The notes: generated from the letters alone by a model not told the origin. Positions 28,919 to 41,176 are shown, numbered from the stretch's first letter. The stretch is DNA of 64,000 bases from Escherichia coli (GCF_030013205.1 NZ_CP122648.1); one strand, 5' to 3'. Program-made: numbers and translations.

Positions 28919-29911
28919 ATGGTGAAATCGACGTCATGTATAACCATTGATTTCATGAATATGTCGCAGCTAACTGAACGGACCTTTACGCCATCTGAAT
29001 CTCTCAGCAGCCTGTCACTTTTTCTTAGTCTGGCACGTGGACAGTGTCGGCCGGGTAAATTCTGGCATCGCCGTAGTTTTCGCCAGAAATTTTTGCTGCG
29101 CTCGTTGATTATGCCGCGTTTAAGCGTTGAGTGGATGAACGAACTTTCCCACTGGCCTAATCTCAATGTGTTGTTAACGCGCCAGCCGCGACTGCCTGTG
29201 CGTCTGCATCGCCCTTACCTTGCGGCGAATCTTAGCCGTAAGCAATTGCTGGAGGCGTTACGTTACCATTATGCGTTACTCCGCGGATGTATGTCGGCGG
29301 AAGAATTCAGCTTATATTTGAATACCCCCGGGCTGCAACTGGCGAAGCTGGAAGGCAAAAACGGCGAGCAGTTCACACTTGAGCTGACCATGATGATCTC
29401 AATGGATAAAGAAGGTGACAGCACAATCCTGTTCCGCAACAGCGAAGGTATTCCTCTGGCAGAGATCACGTTTACCCTGTGTGAATATCAGGGGGAAAGA
29501 ACAATGTTTATTGGCGGACTGCAAGGCGCAAAATGGGAAATTCCACATCAGGAAATCCAGAATGCGACGAAAGCCTGCCACGGGCTATTTCCCAAACGCC
29601 TTGTGATGGAAGCGGCCTGTCTGTTTGCCCAACGTTTGCAGGTAGAGCAGATCATTGCCGTCAGCAATGAAACACATATTTACCGCAGCCTGCGTTATCG
29701 CGATAAAGAAGGCAAGATCCATGCTGATTACAACGCGTTCTGGGAGTCGGTAGGCGGCGTATGTGATGCTGAACGCCATTACCGCCTTCCGGCACAGATA
29801 GCACGAAAAGAGATTGCCGAAATCGCCAGTAAAAAACGGGCTGAATACCGTCGGCGCTATGAGATGCTCGACGCTATTCAGCCACAAATGGCCACGATGT
29901 TTCGCGGTTAA
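28919..29911 (+). CDS. ybjX: VirK/DUF535-family protein YbjX (330 aa)
   Basis: I recognise the sequence and its context. The exact start is uncertain (MNMSQL... is an alternative). Confidence 0.85.
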   Translation: MVKSTSCITIDFMNMSQLTERTFTPSESLSSLSLFLSLARGQCRPGKFWHRRSFRQKFLLRSLIMPRLSVEWMNELSHWPNLNVLLTRQPRLPVRLHRPYLAANLSRKQLLEALRYHYALLRGCMSAEEFSLYLNTPGLQLAKLEGKNGEQFTLELTMMISMDKEGDSTILFRNSEGIPLAEITFTLCEYQGERTMFIGGLQGAKWEIPHQEIQNATKACHGLFPKRLVMEAACLFAQRLQVEQIIAVSNETHIYRSLRYRDKEGKIHADYNAFWESVGGVCDAERHYRLPAQIARKEIAEIASKKRAEYRRRYEMLDAIQPQMATMFRG

Positions 29912-31566
29912 TCCGCGCGACCGCGCGCCAGCCACAGCACGCGTGAGAACATTTTTTTCAGCAGCGTCGGTACGGAATCCACACCACGACGTCCTGCCTC
30001 CATTGCCACTTCAATGGCAAGATCGGGTTTGGAAGAGCGATGGATCGCTTTCGAGATAATTTTGCGCAGATTCATCGGTACATTTTCCGGGATTTGCGCC
30101 ACGCGGTGGAACACATCGGAAAATCCCTGGCGATACATAAAATGTTCCATATCCAGCGCCGGTAACGCCGTTAAATGTTCTCGTTCGGCTTCCCGATCGT
30201 TATTCAACAGGCTGCGTACCGTAGCGGCATATTTCTTCCCTGCCTCATCGCCATCGACCAGTACATGCCATTCAATCCCCATTCGCCGGGCAAATTTAAC
30301 CAGTGGCTTTAGCCCGGACTGGGCAAACTCAATGACCTTGATCCCTTCGGCATCAAAATGATGTCCGCACTGACGCGCCAGTTCATTGATAACCCAGGTT
30401 TCCGTTTCGCCTTCCACCAGCAGCCAGCAGCGTGCAAACAGCGATGACGGACGATTAAAACGAATGTGGAAAGAGATGCGTCGGCTGTCTTCGGTACTCA
30501 AACCACTCGGCCCCAGACGCCAGGCGGCAACGCGCGAGGACTCACGTACCAGTCGGCAAACATGTTCTACCGGCGTTAACGAAAGCAGCTCGCCAGAGTT
30601 GGTGGTGGCAATGCGCTGCAATGGCAGAAGATTCAACAGATGCCAGGCAACTGAAAGCATAATGGGGTGTAAACGGGTTTCTGGATCTTCGATCAGCAAC
30701 AATGGACGGGCGTCTTTATCCAGTCGCAATGTGCCTTTTGCCTGCAACAAAGTAGCAAACAGGCCGAGCAAAATAACCCGATACGAGCGCCCTCCTGGTC
30801 GGTCAATCATCCGGTTGATGATATCCAGATAGCGCCAGCTTCGTTGCTCATTGCTGGCTCGCCGCCGCATTAAACGATATCGCGCCTGTCCGGCCCCCTG
30901 CTCAGAGAAATAATGCTCAAGCAGCTGTACCATTGCGGAAAGTCCCTGACGAATCTGTCCATCAGAGAGATTTTGCGGATGTGAGGACAACTCACGGGCG
31001 AGGAAATCGAGCTGGCGCGCGGTGACTTCCACATTGGGGACATTTGGCACCGTGCCGTTACGAATACGGCGCATAAAACGGGCATCACGCAAGCGCAGCA
31101 CCGGCATTAAACGCACCAGATGGCGTGCCTGATCGTTAATATCCTCGACATCAATCGGATGTCCGTCTTTATCGAGAAAACTGCGCAGTGTCATCACGCT
31201 GCCGTCTTCCGCACTCTCCCCTTCCAGACGATAAAAAATACGGTGATAGCCATCGGTGCATGGCGTCCAGCACGCTTCCAGCGGCCGATAGCGGCGAACC
31301 CGATGTCGGCCTGGCAGCGATTCGCGGAAGGTCAAAATAATATGCAGATGATGTTCTCGCCCGTTGATATCTCCCGGCGGGAACCAGAAATCGTCGCGCT
31401 CAAAATGGTAGAGATCTAATTCTGGCGATAGCAGCAGGGTTAAGGCGTCCAGCAAGCTGGATTTACCCCACGCGTTCTCCCCAATCAGGACGTTGTTTTG
31501 TTCCAGCATCAACGACAAACGGTTGATACCGCGAAAACCCACAATTTCAACGCGCTCAAGAATCAT
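29908..31566 (-). CDS. ybjD: OLD-family ATP-dependent endonuclease YbjD (552 aa)
   Basis: N-terminal ABC-like ATPase (GENAWGKSSLLDAL) followed by a C-terminal Toprim-like region. It is convergent with ybjX and the two share the palindromic stop TTAA. Confidence 0.93.
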   Translation of the reverse strand: MILERVEIVGFRGINRLSLMLEQNNVLIGENAWGKSSLLDALTLLLSPELDLYHFERDDFWFPPGDINGREHHLHIILTFRESLPGRHRVRRYRPLEACWTPCTDGYHRIFYRLEGESAEDGSVMTLRSFLDKDGHPIDVEDINDQARHLVRLMPVLRLRDARFMRRIRNGTVPNVPNVEVTARQLDFLARELSSHPQNLSDGQIRQGLSAMVQLLEHYFSEQGAGQARYRLMRRRASNEQRSWRYLDIINRMIDRPGGRSYRVILLGLFATLLQAKGTLRLDKDARPLLLIEDPETRLHPIMLSVAWHLLNLLPLQRIATTNSGELLSLTPVEHVCRLVRESSRVAAWRLGPSGLSTEDSRRISFHIRFNRPSSLFARCWLLVEGETETWVINELARQCGHHFDAEGIKVIEFAQSGLKPLVKFARRMGIEWHVLVDGDEAGKKYAATVRSLLNNDREAEREHLTALPALDMEHFMYRQGFSDVFHRVAQIPENVPMNLRKIISKAIHRSSKPDLAIEVAMEAGRRGVDSVPTLLKKMFSRVLWLARGRAD

Positions 31567-31991
31567 ACCCCCTCCAGAAATATGTGACTTATCCTTTACG
31601 CTGGCAGTATAACGGGAAAGGCCTTGCTAATACGTGATGACATCACATTTAAGCATGGCAAATGTCTGAAAAATGAGCGAATAATCGCGTTATACTCCCT
31701 CTTGCTGATAAGCCTGCAAAAACAACAAAATCAAATAATTAGCATGATAAATTATTTTTTATTACGCCTAAAGGATTAAATCTTTCGCTTGCACTACACT
31801 GTCAATCAGACAAATGACTATATGGGGCAACCCGCTGTTGCCCTAAATCAAATTTACTGGATTTATTTATCTGGCGAATGATTTGCCTTCGTTTTTAAAA
31901 TAGCCGCGCATTATTTCCGTCGTCACTTTTTTACGACGACCCTATAAAACGACCATATTTTTCACAGGGTCAATTTTTAATTGAGGTGGAT

Positions 31992-32687
31992 ATGTTCAGA
32001 AAATTAGCAGCTGAATGTTTTGGTACTTTCTGGCTTGTTTTTGGTGGCTGTGGTAGTGCCGTACTGGCCGCAGGCTTCCCGGAATTAGGCATTGGTTTTG
32101 CCGGCGTGGCGCTGGCATTCGGTCTGACCGTTCTGACGATGGCCTTTGCTGTTGGTCATATTTCTGGTGGTCATTTTAACCCGGCGGTCACTATTGGTTT
32201 ATGGGCTGGCGGACGTTTCCCGGCAAAAGAAGTCGTTGGCTACGTAATTGCCCAGGTTGTCGGCGGTATTGTTGCGGCGGCGCTGCTGTATTTAATTGCC
32301 AGTGGTAAAACGGGTTTTGACGCGGCAGCCAGCGGTTTTGCTTCTAACGGTTATGGCGAGCATTCGCCAGGCGGTTATTCCATGCTTTCCGCGCTGGTAG
32401 TTGAACTGGTATTGAGTGCAGGTTTCCTGCTGGTGATCCACGGCGCAACCGAGAAATTCGCTCCTGCTGGTTTTGCGCCGATCGCTATTGGTCTGGCCTT
32501 AACCCTGATTCACTTAATCAGTATTCCGGTGACTAACACTTCTGTTAACCCGGCGCGCAGCACCGCGGTTGCTATCTTCCAGGGCGGCTGGGCATTAGAA
32601 CAACTGTGGTTCTTCTGGGTGGTGCCAATTGTCGGCGGTATTATCGGTGGTCTGATTTACCGGACTCTACTGGAAAAGCGTAATTAA
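31992..32687 (+). CDS. aqpZ: Aquaporin Z (231 aa)
   Basis: [27 protein letters not shown]... with two NPA motifs ([14 protein letters not shown]). Confidence 0.97.
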   Translation: MFRKLAAECFGTFWLVFGGCGSAVLAAGFPELGIGFAGVALAFGLTVLTMAFAVGHISGGHFNPAVTIGLWAGGRFPAKEVVGYVIAQVVGGIVAAALLYLIASGKTGFDAAASGFASNGYGEHSPGGYSMLSALVVELVLSAGFLLVIHGATEKFAPAGFAPIAIGLALTLIHLISIPVTNTSVNPARSTAVAIFQGGWALEQLWFFWVVPIVGGIIGGLIYRTLLEKRN

Positions 32688-32696
32688 TTAACGCAG

Positions 32697-32726
32697 AAGG
32701 CCTGGCGCAATGTCAGGCCTTTTTTA
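32697..32726 (+). terminator. Rho-independent terminator after aqpZ
   Basis: aaggcctg / caggcctt followed by tttt. Confidence 0.75.
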
Positions 32727-32759
32727 AATATATTGATTCATCTTCCTGTTGCGCTCCTT

Positions 32760-33010
32760 GATGTGTTAAGCCACATATAGTCACTGGCGCAGGGAGCGCG
32801 CAGGGGGCGGCCAATCGCCGCCGCCCCCTGCACCCCCGGGCTCTGGCGAACAAAATCGCCGCTGCGCGGTGCCCTCGACTTATCCCTTACGGCTACCGGG
32901 TCGGGCGCGAGGTAACATCCCTGTAAAACGCGCCCTCAGCCCACATCCATGTGGGCTGCCCCGGCCTTCAGGGAACGCCTCGGCGATTTTGACGCCACCA
33001 ACACCGGTGC
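32760..33010. repeat. GC-rich intergenic block with several strong palindromes
   Basis: cagggggcggccaatcgccgccgccccctg and cagcccacatccatgtgggctg (a perfect 10-bp inverted repeat). The block is much more GC-rich than its flanks. Confidence 0.5.
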
Positions 33011-33170
33011 GGTTTGTAATTAAAACGCAAGAATATCTTTAAATGAAAATGAATACCCTACCGATCCTTATGCATAACATTTCCTTTTAATTGCAACTTT
33101 ACTCGCCCTTCCGCTTTCAGTAGTGTGTCATCGCGCATTTCGACTTCATCTTTGCAAGGACTGGGTTTTC

Positions 33171-34070
33171 ATGTTTTCTGGGCTGTTAATCATTCTGGTT
33201 CCCCTGATTGTGGGTTACCTCATTCCTCTTCGCCAAAAAGCTGCATTAAGAGTTATTAATCAGCTATTAAGCTGGATGGTTTACCTTATTCTCTTTTTTA
33301 TGGGTATCAGTCTGGCGTTTCTCGATAACCTCGCCAGTAACCTGTTGGCGATTCTGCATTATTCTGCTGTCAGTATTACCGTTATTTTACTGTGTAATAT
33401 TGCCGCCCTTATGTGGCTGGAGCGCGGTCTGCCGTGGCGCAACCACCACCAGCAAGAAAAACTCCCGTCGCGTATTGCGATGGCGCTGGAGTCGCTAAAA
33501 CTGTGCGGCGTAGTAGTGATTGGTTTTGCCATTGGCCTGAGTGGACTGGCTTTCTTACAACACGCGACCGAAGCCAGTGAATACACCTTAATTCTGCTAC
33601 TTTTCCTCGTCGGTATTCAGTTGCGCAATAATGGCATGACCTTAAAGCAGATTGTCCTTAATCGCCGGGGAATGATTGTCGCCGTGGTGGTGGTTGCCAG
33701 TTCATTAATTGGTGGTTTAATTAACGCCTTTATTCTTGATCTTCCCATCAATACCGCGCTGGCAATGGCCTCTGGTTTCGGCTGGTATTCTCTTTCCGGT
33801 ATTTTATTGACTGAATCTTTTGGTCCGGTAATCGGGAGCGCGGCGTTTTTTAATGATCTGGCCCGTGAGCTGATTGCAATTATGTTGATCCCTGGGCTGA
33901 TTCGCCGCAGCCGCTCTACCGCACTGGGCTTATGCGGTGCGACGTCGATGGATTTCACCCTGCCCGTTCTTCAACGTACTGGCGGGCTGGATATGGTCCC
34001 GGCGGCAATTGTTCACGGTTTTATTCTTAGCCTGTTAGTGCCGATCCTCATCGCCTTTTTCTCTGCGTAA
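33171..34070 (+). CDS. lysO: Lysine exporter LysO/YbjE (299 aa)
   Basis: MFSGLLIILVPLIVGYLIPLR... I trimmed the start to the known Met. Confidence 0.93.
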   Translation: MFSGLLIILVPLIVGYLIPLRQKAALRVINQLLSWMVYLILFFMGISLAFLDNLASNLLAILHYSAVSITVILLCNIAALMWLERGLPWRNHHQQEKLPSRIAMALESLKLCGVVVIGFAIGLSGLAFLQHATEASEYTLILLLFLVGIQLRNNGMTLKQIVLNRRGMIVAVVVVASSLIGGLINAFILDLPINTALAMASGFGWYSLSGILLTESFGPVIGSAAFFNDLARELIAIMLIPGLIRRSRSTALGLCGATSMDFTLPVLQRTGGLDMVPAAIVHGFILSLLVPILIAFFSA

Positions 34071-34213
34071 TACCTCTCTGGCGGTAGATCCCTGCCGCCA
34101 AAATTGCGCTAAATCAATCTCCCTTAAAGTTGCATGAAAAATCCCTTTTATCCCTGCGTTAAGCGTCTTAACCTTAAACATGTATATTAAATATAACTTT
34201 AAAAGGTGTGATC

Positions 34214-35866
34214 ATGTTTTGTGTGCAATGTGAACAAACTATCCGTACTCCGGCAGGAAACGGCTGCTCATACGCGCAGGGGATGTGTGGTAAAACGGCG
34301 GAAACCTCTGACCTTCAGGATTTACTCATCGCGGCGCTGCAAGGGCTTTCGGCCTGGGCGGTAAAAGCGCGTGAATACGGCATCATCAACCACGATGTAG
34401 ACAGCTTTGCGCCACGCGCATTTTTCTCAACCCTGACCAACGTTAACTTCGATTCTCCGCGTATAGTCGGCTACGCTCGTGAAGCGATTGCCCTGCGCGA
34501 GGCGCTGAAAGCACAATGCCTGGCTGTAGATGCCAACGCCCGCGTCGATAACCCGATGGCTGACCTGCAACTGGTGAGCGATGATCTCGGCGAGCTGCAA
34601 CGTCAGGCAGCAGAATTTACCCCTAACAAAGATAAAGCGGCGATTGGCGAAAACATTCTCGGCCTGCGTCTGCTGTGCCTGTATGGCCTGAAAGGTGCGG
34701 CGGCCTATATGGAACACGCACACGTTCTCGGTCAATACGACAATGATATTTACGCCCAGTACCATAAAATCATGGCGTGGCTGGGGACCTGGCCTGCCGA
34801 TATGAACGCGCTTCTTGAGTGTTCAATGGAAATCGGCCAGATGAACTTCAAAGTGATGAGCATTCTGGATGCAGGCGAAACCGGTAAATACGGTCACCCG
34901 ACGCCAACCCAGGTCAACGTCAAAGCGACGGCGGGTAAATGCATTCTGATTTCCGGTCACGATCTCAAAGATCTCTACAACCTGCTGGAACAGACCGAAG
35001 GCACGGGCGTTAATGTCTACACCCACGGCGAAATGCTGCCTGCGCATGGCTACCCGGAGCTGCGTAAATTCAAGCATCTGGTCGGTAACTACGGCAGCGG
35101 CTGGCAGAATCAGCAAGTGGAGTTCGCTCGTTTCCCTGGCCCCATCGTGATGACCTCGAACTGCATCATCGACCCAACCGTAGGCGCTTATGACGATCGT
35201 ATCTGGACCCGCAGCATCGTTGGCTGGCCGGGTGTGCGTCATCTGGATGGCGAAGATTTCTCTGCGGTCATCGCCCAGGCGCAACAAATGGCGGGCTTCC
35301 CGTACAGCGAAATTCCGCACCTGATCACCGTAGGCTTTGGTCGTCAAACGCTGCTTGGCGCAGCGGATACGCTGATTGATCTGGTAAGCCGTGAAAAACT
35401 GCGTCATATCTTCCTGCTTGGCGGCTGTGACGGCGCACGCGGCGAGCGTCACTACTTCACCGATTTCGCCACCAGCGTGCCGGATGACTGTCTGATCCTG
35501 ACTCTCGCCTGTGGTAAATATCGCTTTAACAAACTCGAGTTTGGCGATATCGAAGGTCTGCCGCGTCTGGTAGATGCTGGTCAGTGTAACGATGCTTACT
35601 CAGCGATTATTCTGGCGGTAACGCTGGCAGAGAAACTGGGCTGCGGAGTCAACGATCTGCCGCTGTCGCTGGTGCTCTCGTGGTTTGAACAGAAAGCGAT
35701 TGTCATTCTGCTGACACTGCTTTCTCTGGGTGTGAAAAATATCGTCACCGGCCCGACTGCACCTGGTTTCCTGACACCAGACCTGCTGGCGGTGCTGAAC
35801 GAGAAATTCGGCCTGCGTTCTATCACCACTGTTGAAGAAGACATGAAGCAACTGTTGAGCGCGTAA
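34214..35866 (+). CDS. hcp: Hybrid-cluster protein / hydroxylamine reductase Hcp (550 aa)
   Basis: [27 protein letters not shown]... (N-terminal Cys cluster). Confidence 0.96.
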   Translation: MFCVQCEQTIRTPAGNGCSYAQGMCGKTAETSDLQDLLIAALQGLSAWAVKAREYGIINHDVDSFAPRAFFSTLTNVNFDSPRIVGYAREAIALREALKAQCLAVDANARVDNPMADLQLVSDDLGELQRQAAEFTPNKDKAAIGENILGLRLLCLYGLKGAAAYMEHAHVLGQYDNDIYAQYHKIMAWLGTWPADMNALLECSMEIGQMNFKVMSILDAGETGKYGHPTPTQVNVKATAGKCILISGHDLKDLYNLLEQTEGTGVNVYTHGEMLPAHGYPELRKFKHLVGNYGSGWQNQQVEFARFPGPIVMTSNCIIDPTVGAYDDRIWTRSIVGWPGVRHLDGEDFSAVIAQAQQMAGFPYSEIPHLITVGFGRQTLLGAADTLIDLVSREKLRHIFLLGGCDGARGERHYFTDFATSVPDDCLILTLACGKYRFNKLEFGDIEGLPRLVDAGQCNDAYSAIILAVTLAEKLGCGVNDLPLSLVLSWFEQKAIVILLTLLSLGVKNIVTGPTAPGFLTPDLLAVLNEKFGLRSITTVEEDMKQLLSA

Positions 35867-35877
35867 GGAGTTTGTCG

Positions 35878-36846
35878 ATGACGATGCCAACGAATCAATG
35901 CCCGTGGCGGATGCAGGTTCATCACATTAAGCAAGAAACGCCGGATGTGTGGACGATTTCCCTGATTTGCCACGATTACTACCCATATCGCGCCGGGCAA
36001 TATGCACTGGTCAGCGTGCGTAACTCAGCCGAAACGCTGCGTGCTTACACCATTTCCTCCACGCCAGGCGTGAGTGAATACATCACCCTGACTGTGCGGC
36101 GGATTGATGACGGTGTCGGCTCCCAGTGGCTGACGCGCGATGTAAAACGCGGTGATTATCTCTGGCTTTCGGACGCGATGGGGGAATTTACCTGCGACGA
36201 TAAAGCAGAAGATAAATTCCTGTTGCTGGCGGCAGGCTGCGGCGTCACGCCGATTATGTCGATGCGTCGCTGGCTGGCGAAGAACCGTCTGCAGGCCGAT
36301 GTGCAGGTGATCTACAACGTGCGTTCGCCGCAGGATGTTATTTTCGCCGATGAGTGGCGCAACTATCCGGTGACGCTGGTGGCAGAAAATAACGTTACCG
36401 AAGGCTTTATCGCTGGTCGTCTCACTCGCGAACTGCTGGCAGGTGTCCCTGACTTAGCTTCACGTACCGTGATGACCTGCGGCCCGGCTCCGTATATGGA
36501 TTGGGTAGAGCAGGAAGTGAAAGCGCTCGGCGTGACGCGTTTCTTTAAAGAGAAATTCTTCACCCCAGTAGCGGAAGCGGCGACCAGCGGTCTGAAATTC
36601 ACCAAACTGCAACCGGCACGAGAATTTTACGCCCCGGTTGGCACCACGCTACTGGAGGCGCTGGAAAGCAATAACGTTCCGGTTGTCGCCGCCTGCCGTG
36701 CAGGTGTTTGCGGCTGCTGTAAGACAAAAGTGGTTTCCGGTGAATATACGGTAAGCAGCACAATGACGCTGACCGACGCCGAAATCGCTGAAGGTTACGT
36801 ACTGGCCTGCTCCTGCCATCCGCAGGGAGATTTGGTTCTCGCATAA
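35878..36846 (+). CDS. hcr: NADH oxidoreductase Hcr (322 aa)
   Basis: MTMPTNQCPWRMQVHHI..., with a C-terminal 2Fe-2S motif CRAGVCGCCKTKV. The SD aaggag lies at 35865-35870. Confidence 0.95.
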   Translation: MTMPTNQCPWRMQVHHIKQETPDVWTISLICHDYYPYRAGQYALVSVRNSAETLRAYTISSTPGVSEYITLTVRRIDDGVGSQWLTRDVKRGDYLWLSDAMGEFTCDDKAEDKFLLLAAGCGVTPIMSMRRWLAKNRLQADVQVIYNVRSPQDVIFADEWRNYPVTLVAENNVTEGFIAGRLTRELLAGVPDLASRTVMTCGPAPYMDWVEQEVKALGVTRFFKEKFFTPVAEAATSGLKFTKLQPAREFYAPVGTTLLEALESNNVPVVAACRAGVCGCCKTKVVSGEYTVSSTMTLTDAEIAEGYVLACSCHPQGDLVLA

Positions 36847-36978
36847 TCGCCTTATGCCCGATGATATTCCTTTCATCGGGCTATTTAACCGTTAGTGCCT
36901 CCTTTTTCTCCCATCCCTTCCCCCTCCGTCAGATGAACTAAACTTGTAACCGTTATCACATTCAGGAGATGGAGAACC

Positions 36979-38697
36979 ATGAAACAAACGGTTGCAGCTT
37001 ATATCGCCAAAACACTCGAATCGGCAGGCGTGAAACGCATCTGGGGAGTCACGGGCGACTCTCTGAACGGTCTTAGTGACAGTCTTAATCGCATGGGCAC
37101 CATCGAGTGGATGTCCACCCGCCATGAAGAAGTGGCGGCCTTTGCCGCTGGCGCTGAAGCACAACTTTCAGGAGAACTGGCGGTCTGTGCCGGATCGTGC
37201 GGCCCCGGAAACCTGCACTTAATCAACGGCCTGTTTGATTGCCACCGCAATCACGTTCCGGTACTGGCGATTGCCGCTCATATTCCCTCCAGCGAAATTG
37301 GCAGCGGCTATTTCCAGGAAACCCACCCACAAGAGCTATTCCGCGAATGTAGTCACTATTGCGAGCTGGTTTCCAGCCCGGAGCAGATCCCACAAGTGCT
37401 GGCGATTGCCATGCGCAAAGCGGTGCTTAACCGTGGCGTTTCCGTTGTCGTGTTACCGGGCGACGTGGCGTTAAAACCTGCGCCAGAAGGGGCAACCTCG
37501 CACTGGTATCATGCGCCACAGCCAGTCGTGACGCCGGAAGAAGAAGAGTTACGCAAACTGGCGCAACTGCTGCGTTATTCCAGCAATATCGCCCTGATGT
37601 GTGGCAGCGGCTGCGCGGGGGCGCATAAAGAGTTAGTTGAGTTTGCCGGGAAAATTAAAGCGCCTATTGTTCATGCCCTGCGCGGTAAAGAACATGTCGA
37701 ATACGATAATCCGTATGATGTCGGAATGACGGGATTAATTGGCTTCTCGTCAGGTTTCCATACCATGATGAACGCCGACACGTTAGTGCTACTCGGTACT
37801 CAGTTCCCCTACCGCGCCTTCTACCCGACCGATGCCAAAATCATTCAGATTGATATCAACCCAGCCAGCATCGGCGCTCACAGCAAGGTGGATATGGCAC
37901 TGGTCGGCGATATCAAGTCGACTCTGCGTGCATTGCTGCCATTGGTGGAAGAAAAAGCCGATCGCAAGTTTCTGGATAAAGCGCTGGAAGATTACCGCGA
38001 CGCCCGCAAAGGGCTGGACGATTTAGCTAAACCGAGCGAGAAAGCCATTCACCCGCAATATCTGGCGCAGCAAATTAGTCATTTTGCCGCCGATGACGCC
38101 ATCTTTACCTGTGACGTTGGTACGCCAACGGTGTGGGCGGCACGTTATCTGAAAATGAACGGCAAGCGTCGTCTGTTAGGTTCGTTTAACCACGGTTCGA
38201 TGGCTAACGCCATGCCGCAGGCGTTGGGTGCGCAGGCAACCGAGCCGGAACGTCAGGTGGTCGCCATGTGCGGCGATGGCGGTTTTAGCATGTTGATGGG
38301 CGATTTCCTCTCAGTAGTGCAGATGAAACTGCCGGTGAAAATTATCGTCTTTAATAACAGCGTGCTGGGCTTTGTGGCGATGGAGATGAAAGCCGGAGGC
38401 TACCTGACAGACGGTACTGAGCTGCACGACACCAACTTTGCCCGCATTGCCGAAGCGTGCGGAATTACGGGTATTCGCGTGGAAAAAGCCTCTGAAGTCG
38501 ATGAAGCCCTGCAACGCGCCTTTTCCATCGACGGTCCGGTGCTGGTGGATGTGGTGGTCGCCAAAGAAGAATTAGCCATTCCACCGCAGATCAAACTCGA
38601 ACAGGCCAAAGGTTTCAGCCTGTATATGCTGCGCGCAATCATCAGCGGACGCGGCGATGAAGTGATCGAACTGGCGAAAACAAACTGGCTAAGGTAA
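36979..38697 (+). CDS. poxB: Pyruvate:ubiquinone oxidoreductase PoxB (572 aa)
   Basis: [32 protein letters not shown]..., with a ThDP-binding GDGGFSM motif. Confidence 0.97.
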   Translation: MKQTVAAYIAKTLESAGVKRIWGVTGDSLNGLSDSLNRMGTIEWMSTRHEEVAAFAAGAEAQLSGELAVCAGSCGPGNLHLINGLFDCHRNHVPVLAIAAHIPSSEIGSGYFQETHPQELFRECSHYCELVSSPEQIPQVLAIAMRKAVLNRGVSVVVLPGDVALKPAPEGATSHWYHAPQPVVTPEEEELRKLAQLLRYSSNIALMCGSGCAGAHKELVEFAGKIKAPIVHALRGKEHVEYDNPYDVGMTGLIGFSSGFHTMMNADTLVLLGTQFPYRAFYPTDAKIIQIDINPASIGAHSKVDMALVGDIKSTLRALLPLVEEKADRKFLDKALEDYRDARKGLDDLAKPSEKAIHPQYLAQQISHFAADDAIFTCDVGTPTVWAARYLKMNGKRRLLGSFNHGSMANAMPQALGAQATEPERQVVAMCGDGGFSMLMGDFLSVVQMKLPVKIIVFNNSVLGFVAMEMKAGGYLTDGTELHDTNFARIAEACGITGIRVEKASEVDEALQRAFSIDGPVLVDVVVAKEELAIPPQIKLEQAKGFSLYMLRAIISGRGDEVIELAKTNWLR

Positions 38698-38733
38698 AAA
38701 GGGTGGCATTTCCCGTCATAATAAGGACATGCC

Positions 38734-39735
38734 ATGATTGATTTACGCAGTGATACCGTTACCCGACCGAGCCGCGCCATGCTCGAAGCGATGATGGCCG
38801 CCCCGGTTGGGGACGACGTTTACGGAGACGACCCTACCGTTAATGCTCTGCAGGACTATGCAGCAGAGCTTTCCGGTAAAGAAGCCGCCATTTTTCTGCC
38901 TACCGGCACTCAGGCCAACCTGGTCGCTCTGCTCAGTCACTGTGAACGCGGCGAAGAGTATATTGTCGGTCAGGCCGCGCATAACTATCTGTTTGAAGCC
39001 GGTGGCGCGGCGGTGCTGGGCAGTATTCAACCGCAACCCATCGACGCGGCTGCCGACGGCACGCTACCGCTGGATAAAGTGGCGATGAAGATCAAACCCG
39101 ATGATATCCATTTCGCCCGCACCAAATTACTCAGTCTGGAAAACACCCACAACGGCAAAGTGCTGCCGCGGGAATACCTGAAAGAAGCATGGGAATTTAC
39201 TCGCGAGCGCAATCTGGCGCTGCATGTTGACGGTGCACGCATCTTTAATGCCGTGGTGGCTTACGGCTGCGAACTGAAAGAGATCACGCAATATTGTGAT
39301 TCGTTCACCATTTGCCTGTCGAAAGGTCTTGGGACGCCAGTCGGCTCGTTACTCGCCGGTAATCGTGATTACATTAAACGCGCCATCCGCTGGCGGAAAA
39401 TGACCGGTGGCGGGATGCGCCAGTCCGGCATTCTGGCTGCCGCCGGGATGTATGCCCTGAAAAATAACGTCGCGCGCTTACAGGAAGACCACGACAACGC
39501 CGCCTGGATGGCGGAGCAGTTACGTGAAGCAGGCGCGGATGTGATGCGTCAGGACACCAATATGCTGTTTATTCGCGTCGGGGAAGAAAATGCTGCCGCG
39601 TTAGGCGAATACATGAAAGCGAGAAACGTGCTGATTAACGCCTCGCCGATTGTCCGCCTGGTGCCCCATCTTGACGTCTCGCGCACTCAGCTGGCGGAAG
39701 TCGCCGCCCACTGGCGCGCATTCCTGGCGCGTTAA
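38734..39735 (+). CDS. ltaE: Low-specificity L-threonine aldolase LtaE (333 aa)
   Basis: [40 protein letters not shown]... Confidence 0.96.
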   Translation: MIDLRSDTVTRPSRAMLEAMMAAPVGDDVYGDDPTVNALQDYAAELSGKEAAIFLPTGTQANLVALLSHCERGEEYIVGQAAHNYLFEAGGAAVLGSIQPQPIDAAADGTLPLDKVAMKIKPDDIHFARTKLLSLENTHNGKVLPREYLKEAWEFTRERNLALHVDGARIFNAVVAYGCELKEITQYCDSFTICLSKGLGTPVGSLLAGNRDYIKRAIRWRKMTGGGMRQSGILAAAGMYALKNNVARLQEDHDNAAWMAEQLREAGADVMRQDTNMLFIRVGEENAAALGEYMKARNVLINASPIVRLVPHLDVSRTQLAEVAAHWRAFLAR

Positions 39736-39745
39736 GGAGGGAGAC

Positions 39746-41176
39746 GTGCCGCAACGCATTTTAGTTCTCGGTGCCAGTGGCTACATTGGTCAGCATCTGG
39801 TGCGAACTCTCAGCCAGCAAGGGCATCAGATCCTGGCGGCGGCACGTCATGTCGACAGGCTTGCAAAGCTGCAACTGGCAAACGTCAGTTGCCATAAAGT
39901 CGATCTCAGCTGGCCGGATAACCTTCCGGCCCTGTTGCAGGATATCGATACGGTCTATTTTCTGGTGCACAGCATGGGCGAAGGCGGCGATTTTATCGCT
40001 CAGGAGCGCCAGGTGGCTCTCAACGTCCGCGATGCGCTACGTGAAGTCCCAGTTAAGCAATTAATCTTTCTCAGTTCGTTGCAGGCCCCGCCACATGAGC
40101 AGTCGGACCATCTGCGTGCCCGTCAGGCTACGGCGGATATTCTTCGTGAAGCGGGTGTCCCGGTGACCGAATTGCGTGCCGGAATAATCGTTGGTGCAGG
40201 TTCAGCGGCGTTCGAAGTCATGCGCGATATGGTCTACAACCTGCCAGTGTTAACGCCGCCACGCTGGGTTCGTTCACGCACCACGCCCATCGCGCTGGAA
40301 AACTTGCTGCACTATCTGGTGGCGCTGTTAGATCATCCGGCCAGCGAACATCGCATCTTCGAAGCCGCCGGACCAGAAGTGCTCAGTTATCAGCAACAGT
40401 TTGAACATTTTATGGCGGTGAGCGGTAAGCGCCGCTGGTTGATCCCCATCCCCTTTCCGACCCGCTGGATTTCGGTGTGGTTTCTCAATGTGATTACTTC
40501 CGTACCGCCCACCACCGCCAAAGCGTTGATTCAGGGGCTGAAACATGATCTGCTGGCGGATGACACCGCGCTACGTGCACTCATCCCACAACGGCTGATC
40601 GCTTTCGATGACGCGGTACGTCGCACCCTGAAAGAGGAAGAAAAGCTGGTTAACTCCAGCGACTGGGGCTACGACGCTCAGGCCTTTGCCCGCTGGCGAC
40701 CGGAGTACGGTTATTTCGCCAAACAGGCGGGGTTTACCGTTAAAACGTCCGCCAGCCTTGCGGCTTTATGGCAGGTGGTGAATCAAATCGGCGGTAAAGA
40801 GCGTTATTTCTTTGGCAATATTTTGTGGCAAACCCGGGCGTTGATGGACCGCGCGATCGGTCATAAGTTAGCGAAAGGCCGCCCGGAGCGTGAATATTTG
40901 CAGACCGGAGATGCGGTGGATAGCTGGAAAGTGATTGTCGTTGAACCGGAAAAACAACTTACGCTGTTATTTGGCATGAAAGCGCCGGGGCTGGGACGAC
41001 TGTGTTTTACCCTGGAAGATAAAGGTGACTATCGTACTATCGATGTTCGCGCATTCTGGCATCCGCACGGTATGCCGGGGCTGTTTTACTGGTTATTGAT
41101 GATCCCCGCGCATCTGTTTATTTTTCGCGGAATGGCAAAACGAATCGCCAGACTGGCAGAACAAAGCACAGATTAA
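39746..41176 (+). CDS. ybjT: NAD(P)-binding Rossmann / DUF2867 protein YbjT (476 aa)
   Basis: GTG start at 39746 after the SD aaggaggg. (V/M)[18 protein letters not shown]. Confidence 0.9.
   Translation: MPQRILVLGASGYIGQHLVRTLSQQGHQILAAARHVDRLAKLQLANVSCHKVDLSWPDNLPALLQDIDTVYFLVHSMGEGGDFIAQERQVALNVRDALREVPVKQLIFLSSLQAPPHEQSDHLRARQATADILREAGVPVTELRAGIIVGAGSAAFEVMRDMVYNLPVLTPPRWVRSRTTPIALENLLHYLVALLDHPASEHRIFEAAGPEVLSYQQQFEHFMAVSGKRRWLIPIPFPTRWISVWFLNVITSVPPTTAKALIQGLKHDLLADDTALRALIPQRLIAFDDAVRRTLKEEEKLVNSSDWGYDAQAFARWRPEYGYFAKQAGFTVKTSASLAALWQVVNQIGGKERYFFGNILWQTRALMDRAIGHKLAKGRPEREYLQTGDAVDSWKVIVVEPEKQLTLLFGMKAPGLGRLCFTLEDKGDYRTIDVRAFWHPHGMPGLFYWLLMIPAHLFIFRGMAKRIARLAEQSTD

Noticed and set aside
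39650-39745. N-terminal extension of ybjT in the track ORF (508 aa), overlapping the ltaE 3' end
   Set aside because: The GTG at 39746 is preceded by a strong SD (aaggaggg) and gives the known 476-aa product. The extension is simply open frame across the end of ltaE.
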